From Octopus vulgaris (Eukaryota): 64,000 nucleotides of DNA. A program made the translations under genes and the position numbers. The first letter of the stretch is position 1, and each line of letters begins with the position of its first letter. Below the pieces are notes generated by a model. The model saw only the letters and a program-made list of their open reading frames with translations, was not told the origin of the DNA and ran no database searches. Below, piece by piece: positions 52,862-64,000 of the stretch. The DNA lies in assembly GCA_951406725.2 (NCBI GenBank), contig OX597817.1:83948001-84012000 (forward strand). The letters run 5' to 3'.

Positions 52862-53298
52862 ATTCTGATATATCGAATTACCTTCTTTGATTTAGAATAA
52901 ACTTGTCAATGTCACAGATCTCTGTGGCGCAAGTGTCATCAAGTTTAAAAGTATACTAGAGCAATGAATATAAAGAAAAAAGAATGTACTTCTATATTTT
53001 CACTACTACAATCATAAAACGACAGAAATGGAAGGGTAGTATAGAGAAAAGTTATTACAGAGAAGATATTTGATGGTAACTAAATGATAAAAGAACAGGA
53101 CTGGAGTTCGTTTCTAATAGATGTATATAATTAATTATAGCCTACCTCTGTAATCAGTTCTAAATAATATTAAGTTTACTTCGGTTAAATTGAATGAAAT
53201 AGGTGCGATAAGATTAGTTAAGAAATAAGTATTTGCTATGCTATATAAGAGATAATTCAAGGAGGAGAATCCATGAGAAAATAACACAGGCATATATA

Positions 53299-53347
<49 letters not shown>

Positions 53348-53365
53348 ATGTGTGTGTGTGTGTGT

Positions 53366-53421
<56 letters not shown>

Positions 53422-53428
53422 ATATGTA

Positions 53429-53559
53429 CAGGGTGTCCCAAAAAAATGTATACACACCTTAAATAATTGTAAATTTGTTATTCTTTGTAAGCCTAGTACT
53501 TATTCTATCGTTCTCTTATGCCGAACCACTATGTGTATACATTTTTTTGGGACACCCTG
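53429..53559. mobile_element. 131-bp Tc1/mariner-type MITE
   Basis: Perfect 28-bp TIRs cagggtgtcccaaaaaaatgtatacaca, TA duplication. Confidence 0.88.
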
Positions 53560-53638
<79 letters not shown>

Positions 53639-55959
53639 GTGCGTATCGGTAGAGTCATCAATTTGTAACGGTAGTTTATTTTTGTAACGGTTGAAATTAA
53701 TTTGTAAACAGTAGTATGGAACGTCGGAGTTGTAATCAGTTTGTAAGGATTGGTTCTTCGTTGATTGCCATTATGTAAAGATGGAAGAACAGTGATTGAG
53801 GTTGTAAAGAAAATATTTATTTTGCCGTTACATTGTAACATACCTTGCCTCGACGGGCGGGTGATAAAATCGTGAATCATGCGAAGTAAAGATAGATGTA
53901 ATAGATTTTCCTTGTATAGTTTGTGTTCTCATCATTGTGTAGTAGTAATTACATACAGGGATAGAATGATGTTGTAAGAGAAAAGAAATTGAGCTAGTGA
54001 AAGTTGAAGAGTCGAGGGAAGTTGGGTCTCATAGTTGGTGATTGTAAACTTTCTCCCTCTGACCATTTGTCTATAGTAGCTGCCTGCTTGTGGCCCTGAC
54101 TAGTTGTCCGTTCACTAAATGATGGTCGCTCTCCCTAACTCAGGTTCTCACTAACTCGGTTGTCACCAACTTTTGCTTGGGGGGTTCTTGTTTTTATAAC
54201 TATCCAGAAAGATAAACATATCATTGAGAACAATGGATTTCGTTGGTTGTACTTGTTATCTTAATTCTAGCTTTTGGTGAAATAGAAGAGGCTAGAAGGG
54301 TCAAACTGTATATTATTGGTTATGGTATAGAGATGGTCAGAATATAATCGACGTTTTACCAACGATTACTACACTCGGCGATATTTACGACACCTCAGAC
54401 ATACTGGCAGGAAGCGCATAACCTCTTTTATCAAAACAATGAACAAAGATCCTTCGCGGGCTATGGCTCATAAGGTCGGTTTCCCGGATTCTGAGCCGTA
54501 TACTGGACTTATAGGTCGCAAGAGTTTTCACCGGCCAAGAGTGGAGCAATGTGAAGTTAAGTGTTTTGCTTAAGAGCACAGCGTATCATCTGGTCCAGGA
54601 ATTGAAACTACAATCCTACGACCACGATGGAACCCTCTCACAACTAGCCTCTTTTATAATGAAAGTATATGTATAAGCTGGGTTGTCTCAGTGCGTGTAG
54701 AATCAAATAAATTTACTGAACGTCCTAATGTCCCGTACAGAGGCAAGACGTTCATATACAATTAATTGTGAGTACCCATTCAAAGAAACACAGTGTCTGT
54801 AATCTACAAAGTAAAGTTGACATGTCGAACAACAGATGAGGAACACAAACAGAAACACATTGGGGTAACGGATGGCTTCTTTAAGGGCTGAATAATTACA
54901 AATCCTCTTTTAGAATCTAAGAGGGACATAACGTCACAAGGTTAAATAAATCATACAGAAGCTTCCAGACATTGCGGAGACCGCTACCTATCAACATCCT
55001 GCTCGAGCACGTGGGCCTAAGAATTAAAAAAAAATAACTGATGTTGCTTCCAGACCAACAAAACCACGTGACTTGAGTTGACCAATAAAAATGCAACATC
55101 TAACAGCCATTTTGAATTAGTCTCATAATCCGTTACTCAATATGCCTGAAAAGATAGGTTCGTTCTACGAACCTATAGAGCTCAGTCAAACTGTTATTAA
55201 ATAATATATATGTTTTTTGAAGTATTAGCAGCACCAAAAAAAATTCTTGTCCATTTCTGTACATTCGCTTCGGTATGTTTGTCCTTCCAAGCTGTTAGAA
55301 ATACAAAACCACTTGATTGGCTACAATTTACCCAATAATCACCGGTCACAGTAACCAATGACTTTCTGAACCCCGAAGTCAATGATTGTAGAAACAAACG
55401 CTTGCTTTCGTAGGAAATGTGTGATAGCATTAAGCGTATGAGAATATACTCCCTTCCTTTTCAGGTCGTAGACTGGCTTTATCTATAAGTATTTATTATT
55501 CTTTTCTACTCTAGGCATAAGGCCCGAAATTTTGATGTAGGGGGCCAGTCAATTACGTCGACCCTAGTACTGGCACTTAATTTATTGACCCCGAAATGAT
55601 GAAGGGCAAAGTCGACCTCGGCAGAATTTGAACTCAGACGTAAAGACAGACGAAATACCTATTTCTTTACTGCCCACAAGGGGCTAAACACAGAGAGGAC
55701 AGACAAATGGATTAAGTCGATTATATCGACTCCAGTGCGTAACTGGTACTTATTTAATCGACCCCGAAAGGATGAAAGGCAAAGACGACCTCGGCGGAAT
55801 TCGAACTCAAAACGTAAAGACAGACGAAATACTGCTAAGCATTTCGCCTGGTGTGCTAACGTTTCTGCCAGCTCACCGCTCAATAAGTATTTATTATTAT
55901 CCAATGAACACATTCAATGAGTTTATTCTTTGCTTAGACAAGTTGAGATGTATTCTCTT

Positions 55960-56320
55960 TCTCTTTTCTCTTTTACTTGTTTCAGTCATTTGACTGCGGC
56001 CATGCTGGAGCACCACCTTTTAGTACTTATTCTATCGGTCTCTTTTTGCCGAACCGCTAAGTGACGGGGACGTAAACACACCAGCATCGGTTGTCAAGCA
56101 ATGCTAGGGGGACAAACACAGACACACAAACACACACACATATACATATATATACATATATACGACAGGCTTCTTTCAGTTTCCGTCTACCAAATCCACT
56201 CACAAGGCATTGGTCGGCCCGGGGCTATAGCAGAAGACACTTGCCCAAGATGCCACGCAGTGGGACTGAACCCGCAACCGTGTGGTTGGTTAGCAAGCTA
56301 CTTACCACACAGCCACTCAT
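55960..56320 (-). mobile_element. SINE family B
   Basis: Reverse complement of the copies at 49368 and 58045. Confidence 0.85.
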
Positions 56321-56749
56321 TCTGTTGCATTCTTGTTATACTTATTACCACATATACATATACACTCACATACAAATCTATGAATATGCGCGTGCACACG
56401 CAGACACACATATATTTTTCTTTTACAAGTATAGTGTTGATAGAAACTTCGAAACTGCATCCTATACTAAATATAAACTGTACAAAAAGTATTGAGTAAT
56501 CCTTTACTTTTTATATAAAAATTTTTTTATTATATCACGACGAAAACAAAATATTGGAATGGACAAACATAGACAAACAGCTAGCTAGCTAGCGAGATAG
56601 ATAGATAGATATGTTTCTTTATTAGCCACACAGGGCTGCACACAGACAGGACAAAATTACAAGGTAGAGCATTTCTTTTGGGGGTAAAAGAAGGGGGTTT
56701 GGTTTTCGATCAAAAGGGATCGTAAATGGAAAGAAAGAGGACAAAAAAA

Positions 56750-56751
56750 GG

Positions 56752-56830
<79 letters not shown>

Positions 56831-56918
56831 GTAGGTAGACAAAGAGACAGACAGATAGACAGAGAAAGAGAGATGGTGGGGAGAGAGAGACAGAGAGAGA
56901 TATGTATTCACAAACATA

Positions 56919-56960
<42 letters not shown>

Positions 56961-56995
56961 CATACGTATATATATATATACATACATATATATAT

Positions 56996-57042
<47 letters not shown>

Positions 57043-57055
57043 CATATATATATAT

Positions 57056-57154
<99 letters not shown>

Positions 57155-57265
57155 CATATATATATATATATATATAAATCCTTAAAATCCTTAAAAATGT
57201 TTTAGCCCGAAGGCCGCGGCCATACACATACACATGTGTGTATATGAATACATACACACACACAC

Positions 57266-57303
<38 letters not shown>

Positions 57304-57320
57304 ATTCATATATACACATA
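56750..57320. repeat. Compound microsatellite block, (GATA)n/(TA)n/(CA)n; representative of dozens in the window
   Basis: Directly visible. Others include 4177-4290, 16560-16960, 43080-43280, 46320-46500, 51000-51525, 60270-60460 and 60950-61025. Confidence 0.95.
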
Positions 57321-58044
57321 CAAACGAAATGACGGGTAATCGTTGCTGGAGGCTTTCATTATATTTAGATCTACTCAATCAAAGACAGCCTCTGGCTAAA
57401 CACCAATAAATTGGAAAGTTTCTCACTTTAAATGTATTTTGTTGTTTACGCCATCATTCACATACAAAAGTATATTAAAGTACAAGTCGCTGCCGAGACG
57501 TTTCTCCTTTTTTGCATTTAACCAACTCTCCTAAATGAAAATGGATGCGAAATTATTTTGCATTTTAAAATCCATGTTGCAACCAGAATATTCACTTTCA
57601 AATAGCCAAATAGCATGTGGTTGCTTGTATACATACATACATACATACATACATACATACATACATACATACATACATACATCCATACATCCATACATCC
57701 ATACATACATACATACAAGAATACGCATACAAGTATACACACACATTCACACACACAAACACACATATATACATGTGTGTGTATGTATGCATGTACATAT
57801 ATGCATGTATGTGTGTGTATGTATACACACACGTTATTCTTAAACAAGAATATTAAATATTCATGACAATGTCTTCGACGTTTCGGACAGTTAAACCATT
57901 GTCGAACTGCGATGTTTTGAAGTTAATCTTAGCTTTATATAGTCTCTGTTGACTTAAAATTTTCGTTATGTTTTAGAGTGGCTTGTTATGGAGAAATGTT
58001 TGGAAAAATTTTTATAGATTAAATTTGGGGTATGTTATTGTTTG

Positions 58045-58203
58045 TGGCTGTGTGGTAAGTAGCTTGCTTACCAACCACATACTTCCGGGTTCAGTCCTAC
58101 TGCGTGGCACCCTGCAAGTGTCTTCTACTATAGCCTCGGGCCGACCAAAGCCTTGTGAGTGGATTTGGTAGACGGAAACTGAAAGAAGCCCGTCGTATAT
58201 ATA

Positions 58204-58239
<36 letters not shown>

Positions 58240-58530
58240 TGTATGTATGTATGTATGTATGCATGTATGTATGTATGTATGTATGTATGTATGTATGTAT
58301 GTATGTATGTGTGTGTATATGTTTGTTTATCTGTCTTTGTCCCTCCAACATCGCTTGACAACCGATGCTGATGTGTTTACGTCCCCGCAACATAACGGTT
58401 CGGCAAAAGAGACTGATAGAATAAGTATTAGGCTTACAAAGAAAAAGTCCTGGGGGTCGATTTGCTCGATTGGCTAAAGGCGGTGCTCCAGCATGGTCAC
58501 AGTCAAATGACTGAAACAAGTAAAGAGAGA
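58045..58530 (+). mobile_element. SINE family B, full length
   Basis: Head, (TATG)n and tail as in the other copies. Confidence 0.85.
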
Positions 58531-59198
58531 GTAATATGTAAAACTTTGCAAGCGAGTGTGTATATAGAAGTGTGTTGCCCTTTGGTATGTAGTGGATATG
58601 TCAGTAGTTTTTGTTATTTTTAGTTTCGTTGGATTTAATCCATTGCTTTGATAATAAAAAGGTCAAATATATAATGCCCAGTATTTAAAACCTTAGTAAT
58701 TGGATGTGTCAGCCTTTTTGTAAGGGAATTTTTAATAGGGGTTCACAGAAGAATGTACATAGATGAAATCTATCTGTGTGCGTCCATGATTCAATTGTAT
58801 CAAATCCTAACTTCGGACAGTCACTGGTGTGAATCTGGGCAAGCCTACAAACGGATCAGATTTCAGTTTCAAAAGACCACGCCTTCCCCTTGAACTATAA
58901 CTGACAAACAACTAACTCCACTCAGTTCGCTTCGAAACTAGTCGAATAGAAAGACCCTGAAGTAGCTGCACTGAAAATTATGCCGGGTTGTAACTGCAAT
59001 TGCTCGTAATCTGTGCAGTGGAAATATGTGTAGATCCTTAAGACCATAAAAATATTCTGTATAAAATTGTAAAATAAGAGGAAATAAATTTTGAGGCCCG
59101 ATAAGTAGATTATCTCCCTTGGTTAGGCGGCTCTCCATGCATACAATTCTACTTCTGCGGGCTACCCACGCCATTGTTGTTGTGTGTCATGTCATATC

Positions 59199-59475
59199 AT
59201 GAATATTAAGCAGCTCGAATTAAAGAATTATTTGCGATTACATGGACAGTATGTTACTGGAAAAAAGGCGGATTTGGTTGAAAGGTTAAAAGGTATTAAA
59301 ATTCTGTCGATAAAGAATGTCAATGAATTAAAATCAACAGACGAGAAGTGTGCTTTAGATCGGAATAAGCAGAAACTTGTAACTCCTCTCGGTGAAGCTT
59401 TATCTGATCCTAATGTGCTGAAATCAGATTGGACTAAAGATCTTCATAAGTGGCCGAATTTTACGGATAATGACG
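59199..59475 (+). pseudogene. SAP-domain protein fragment, probably the accessory ORF of a DNA transposon, truncated by a repeat
   Basis: KQLELKNYLRLHGQYVTGKKADLVERL fits the SAP consensus, followed by LSDPNVLKSDWTKDLHKWPNFTDNDV; the frame then runs into a T-rich repeat. Confidence 0.6.
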
Positions 59476-60009
59476 TTTTCTATGTTTTTGTTTTTTATGT
59501 TTTCGTTTCTCATTACGTTCAACGTTTTTTTTATGTCCTGTACCCATATATGCATGTATATATACATATATATGTAGGTATATACATATATGCATGTATA
59601 TATGCATATATTTATATATTATTTATATTATTATATAATCGAACGCCACGCATCCTTTTCCAAGTTTGTTTTATTTTAATAATTATGATGCGCACAACTA
59701 TCTCTTTTCTGTCTATCTTTCTCCCTTTCATGTTCTTCATCCTTTCTGGTTTTCTCTCCCACCCTTCCCTATTATTCTCCTCTCCTTGACTCTCTCGACG
59801 CTGACACGTGATGAAAGGGAATCTATTTTTCTGCCCATTTCCTTCCTAAAGACAACACGTGCTTATACCTGTCTCCTCTCATAAGATCGTCCTCCTAGCG
59901 TTCATAATAAATTTTCTATTGTCTTGGCTTAACAACCCTCACCGTTTGTTTTTACAGTCTTGTTCTCACTGTCCTGTTTTTGGTACCACTTTCACCCTCC
60001 GCAAGAAAA

Positions 60010-60270
60010 TCCCAAATTTTTATTTAATTTCCTTTGCGGGAAGGATTGTTTCAAATGAAGTCGCGTATTGTCCTTGCCTTCGAACGCTGAGTAGATGGAA
60101 CGGGGACAACTGATGAAGGGGAATATTTTTATGTTGCATGGCTCGTTTCTCTGTTTGTATTTTTCGTTGTTCGAAAAAAAGTTCGTTTTCTACGTTTTTG
60201 TTTTTATGTTTTCGTTTCTCATTGTGTTCAATGTTTTTTTATGTCCTGTGCCCATATATACATGTATAAA
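60010..60270 (+). repeat. Short repeat family containing hammerhead core segments; other copies at 63680-63935 (-) and 59474-59560 (partial)
   Basis: Shared ...gcgTH...ccttcGAA(A)c...agtagatg...CTGANGAagg...tatgttttcgtttctcattgtgttc...tgtcctgt, ending in a microsatellite. Confidence 0.75.
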
Positions 60271-60312
60271 TACATATATGTGTACATATATGTAAGTATA
60301 TATAATTTATAT

Positions 60313-60462
<150 letters not shown>

Positions 60463-60948
60463 TATGTGTGCATATATATATTCACAAATACAGGAGTACA
60501 CTACACACACATATATATATAAATGTATAATGCGTGCGCATTTGTGTGTATGTGTGTGCGCGCGCATAAGTGTACATAGGCCTTATTAACTACGTCAACC
60601 ATGACTTTGTTGTTCTCTTCAGTCAATTCTCCCTTTCTTGTCTTCCCCCTCCCTTTAGATTCTGAACCTTCACTCTTTCTTTCTTATAGTTGCCAAGATG
60701 TTTCTCTAGTTTTTCCCTATCAATTTAAATCATATTCATTCAGAAACTGCACATCACTTACATTTCTCATTGTTTCGGAAATAAGAATTACGTCTCGTTC
60801 CATCTCATATTTTCATATGAAATAATATATCCTTTATTTAGTTACACATTTTGTTTGAATAGGTGAATCTTTCTGAAGAAACTCTAGGGAAACATAGGAA
60901 AGATGGACATCGTAACGCGCGCGCGCGAACTTTCTGTTTTTCTTACTG

Positions 60949-61031
<83 letters not shown>

Positions 61032-61169
61032 TTTCTTTTCCTTTTCGTCTTCTCTTCTTTTCTTCTCCTTTTCTCTCCGTTTCTTTTTTCTCTTCTTTTT
61101 TTTTTATTTTCTTCTCCTCCTGCCTTTTGAATTTTTTCTCCTCACGCCTTTTGAATGTTTTGAATTTTT

Positions 61170-63060
61170 AAACTCCGCATGTCATTACTATGCCTTTCGC
61201 TCTCCCCCTTTTTTTCTCCTTTTTCAATCATTCCCGATTACAAATCTTTCCTCCTCCGCCTTTACCACCGCCTAAAGGCACACCTTTCCACATCCTCTTT
61301 CCGCTGCTTTCAAATTTCTATTAATCTTTCCCTACTAATTTTCAAAAAAACACGGTTCTCTAGCCACGATTCATTTCTCAGTCGCTACCTTCACCACCGC
61401 CTCATCCTCAAATGTTTCCGCCTCCATTTCAGCCCACCTTCCACTCTTCTTCAGCCATCCTACCCATACTCCGTACTACCTCCTATCGTCTTATGCATGC
61501 CACCATTCGTTCCAATCTCTCTAAAATACACACCATCGACCGCCTTCTCCCTCTCACTTATTCCATCCTTTTCTCCCCCTCTTTCATCTTCTTCTGCACA
61601 CTACATTACATAATTCACTTAAATCATCTCTTCCATGAATTTCTCGCTCGCACTAAACAACGTAAACGCCACTCACTACTCCATTCCGTCACATCCGATG
61701 CCACTATCCTCACCCCTCCCACCCCGATACACTTTCCATCATCCTAACAACAACCCCTCCGTCACTCCAAGCCCTACACACACTTATCCCACCTCTCTCT
61801 CTCTCCTCCCAGCATTCCACTACACACCACCCCTCCCACATCTAACCCATCCACCCACCCCCTTCAGTCTGTTGTTACCATTCCTCCTGATCTTCCCCCC
61901 TCTGAGGCGAAGCGCTCTCTTAGTAGGGCTCTGCGCTTCCCACCTCTCACACCATCCAGTAATGAATTTCAGACCGGTGCTGATATTCTGGCTTTGTGCG
62001 CCGTGTCAGGCTATATGCATTATCCCATAACACTGCTTCATCGACCTGGGCCGCCGACCATCCAACTGGACACTAGCACCTGGCCAGTTCCAAGCAGTCG
62101 ATCATTTTGCGGGCATCTTTCAAGGTGTTGTGGACCGGTTTAACATTCGCGGGCGTCCCCGACATCTGAACATCTCCCCAGCTGAACGCTCGTCCTTTCG
62201 ATGTCTCCGACGCCGCAAAGACATTATCATAAAACCGTCCGACAAGAGTGAAGTCGTGGTTGTGTGGCGCGCAAACCTCTACAAGCCTGAAGCTCTCCGC
62301 CAACTTCAAAACATCTCCTTCTACTATCCTCAGCCCACAAACTCTACGCCTAGCTACCAACAGACTGTCCTCCACTATCCATGATCTCATATCCTCTTCC
62401 CATCTCCCTCTCATCACCTCCCACCTCATTGTCCGTTCTCCTCGCACCCATACCATTTATTTCCTTCCCCAAATCCACAAACCCAACAACCCTGGCCGCC
62501 CCATCGTCTCTGCTTATAACTACCCCATGGAACTCATCTCTAAATATATCAACCGTGTACTTACGCCCCTAGTGGCTTCCCTTCCCTCGCACAACCACGA
62601 CACAAACCATGCTCTTCGTCTTTTCAAACTCTTTCTCCTTCCCTCCTGGCCCTTCTAAACTTCTCTTTACTCTTGATATCAAGAATCTATATACGGTGAT
62701 CCCATAACACGGAGGACTTCTTACCCTCAGACACTTCCGAGACCTTCGACCCAACCCCCAACCTGACACGTCCACATTTCTTCGTCTGGCCGAACTTGTT
62801 ATCTCCCTCAACTGCTTCTCCTTCGCGGGCGAGTTTTAGCAACGAGTCTCGGGAGTGGCCACAGGAACGAGAATAGGCCCCAACTATGCGAGCCTGTTCG
62901 CTGGCTACGTTGAGGCCCATATATTTTCAAGATTCACTGGTCCCATTCCCGAAATATACGGTCGATACATTGATGACAGTATTGGTGCGACTTCGCTCTC
63001 CCGCGAACAACTAGACTCCTTCCTCTCTTTTGTCCAATTCTTCCATTTCCGCTCTACCGG
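61170..63060 (+). mobile_element. Third PLE family: degraded N-terminal region and RT, 3'-truncated
   Basis: DIIIKPSDK, YFLPQIHKPNNPGRPIVS, LFTLDIKNLYTVIP, GVATGTRIGPNYASLF and YGRYIDD motifs across frameshifts; no endonuclease seen. Confidence 0.88.
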
Positions 63061-63572
63061 TCATAGATAGCTATTTTAATTAAATACAGCAGCAATTGCG
63101 TATGCTGGATTTTAATTAGCGAGGAGGCAATTCTTAACATTAGTGCATGTTTTATTTATTTTTTTCCTATATCAGGGACGACGAATTCTCATCCAAGCGT
63201 ATGACGGCCCACGAGTGCACGCTACTGAAAAGATCCAAATGATTGGCCGCTGCTGGAACGAATGTTCCTCTCTCCCCTCCCCCCTCTCTCTCTCACTTTT
63301 TCTCTACTATTTATTGTGTTTTTAATACAGCAAGTCCATAAGAGATTTTATCGCAGGAGAAATAGTTTAGTAACTAACCTATCGACGGTGTGTATACATT
63401 AAGTATGATAAACAGATAGCTCTTTTAATCAGTTACTGTCTCAATTGCGTATACTGGATATACGTATATTTCTATAAGCATATGCATATGCATATCTATC
63501 TATCTATCCATCCATCCATCCATCCATCAATCTATCTATCTATCCATCTATCTATCTATCTATCTATCTATC

Positions 63573-63615
<43 letters not shown>

Positions 63616-64000
63616 ATTAATAAATAAAACATATGCATATATATATATATACATATATGTACGTACCTACATCTACATGTATATATACACGCATATATGA
63701 GTACAGGACACCAAAAAACGTCGAACACAATGAGAAACGAAAACATAGACACGAAACCAAGGAACTGGACATTTTTCTTAAACAATAAAAAATAGAGTAC
63801 AGGACAAATAACACAAGGAAAAAAACCTTCTTCAGTCGCCATGGTTTCATCTACTCTGTGTTTCGAAGGTGAAGGCGAGACGCATCTTCGATAGAAACTT
63901 TCCTTCCTGCGAAAAGCAAATCAAATAAAATATCCACACGGCCCTTGCCCGAGCACGTTCCGTGGACCATAGCTCTTCTCTCTCTCTCCGTACCCGCACC

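Noticed and set aside
53664-54391. Possible solo LTR or small TIR element (tgtaacgg...ccgttaca at 53664-53832; tgtaac...acgaca)
   Set aside because: No TSD, primer-binding site, polypurine tract or second copy in the window; not supportable.
56429-56468. agtatag...GAAA.....TC-ctatact hammerhead-like hairpin
   Set aside because: A stem I is present, but the CUGANGA core and stem III are too degenerate to call.
60062-60121. HDV-like ribozyme reading of the crossed helices
   Set aside because: No P3/L3 (UYC...) or P1.1 elements in the required order; hammerhead core strands fit better.

Overview
This is AT-rich, microsatellite-dense animal genomic DNA. The SINE and transposon content resembles octopus/cephalopod DNA (inference). 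The only host gene I can support is the 3' end of a focadhesin-like (FOCAD) gene on the + strand: five coding exons at <1-199, 9785-9962, 20510-20752, 26801-26876 and 36193-36296, including a probable GC-AG intron. The rest is mostly transposable elements: three mariner copies, a Tc1, piggyBac-like and Tc1-like MITEs, a Helitron, CR1-, RTE- and R4/Dong-type LINEs, an ORF1-only LINE derivative, Penelope-like elements (PLEs) and several SINE families. The most notable signal is the density of hammerhead ribozyme (HHR) motifs, at least 11 in 8 unrelated short elements, found by eye and not tested computationally. They include a 350-bp and a 316-bp head-to-tail retrozyme-like repeat, U3-A8 and U4C core variants, and fold-back insertions. 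A further repeat family carries the three hammerhead core strands in a reversed, non-circularly-permuted order, with a covarying stem I.
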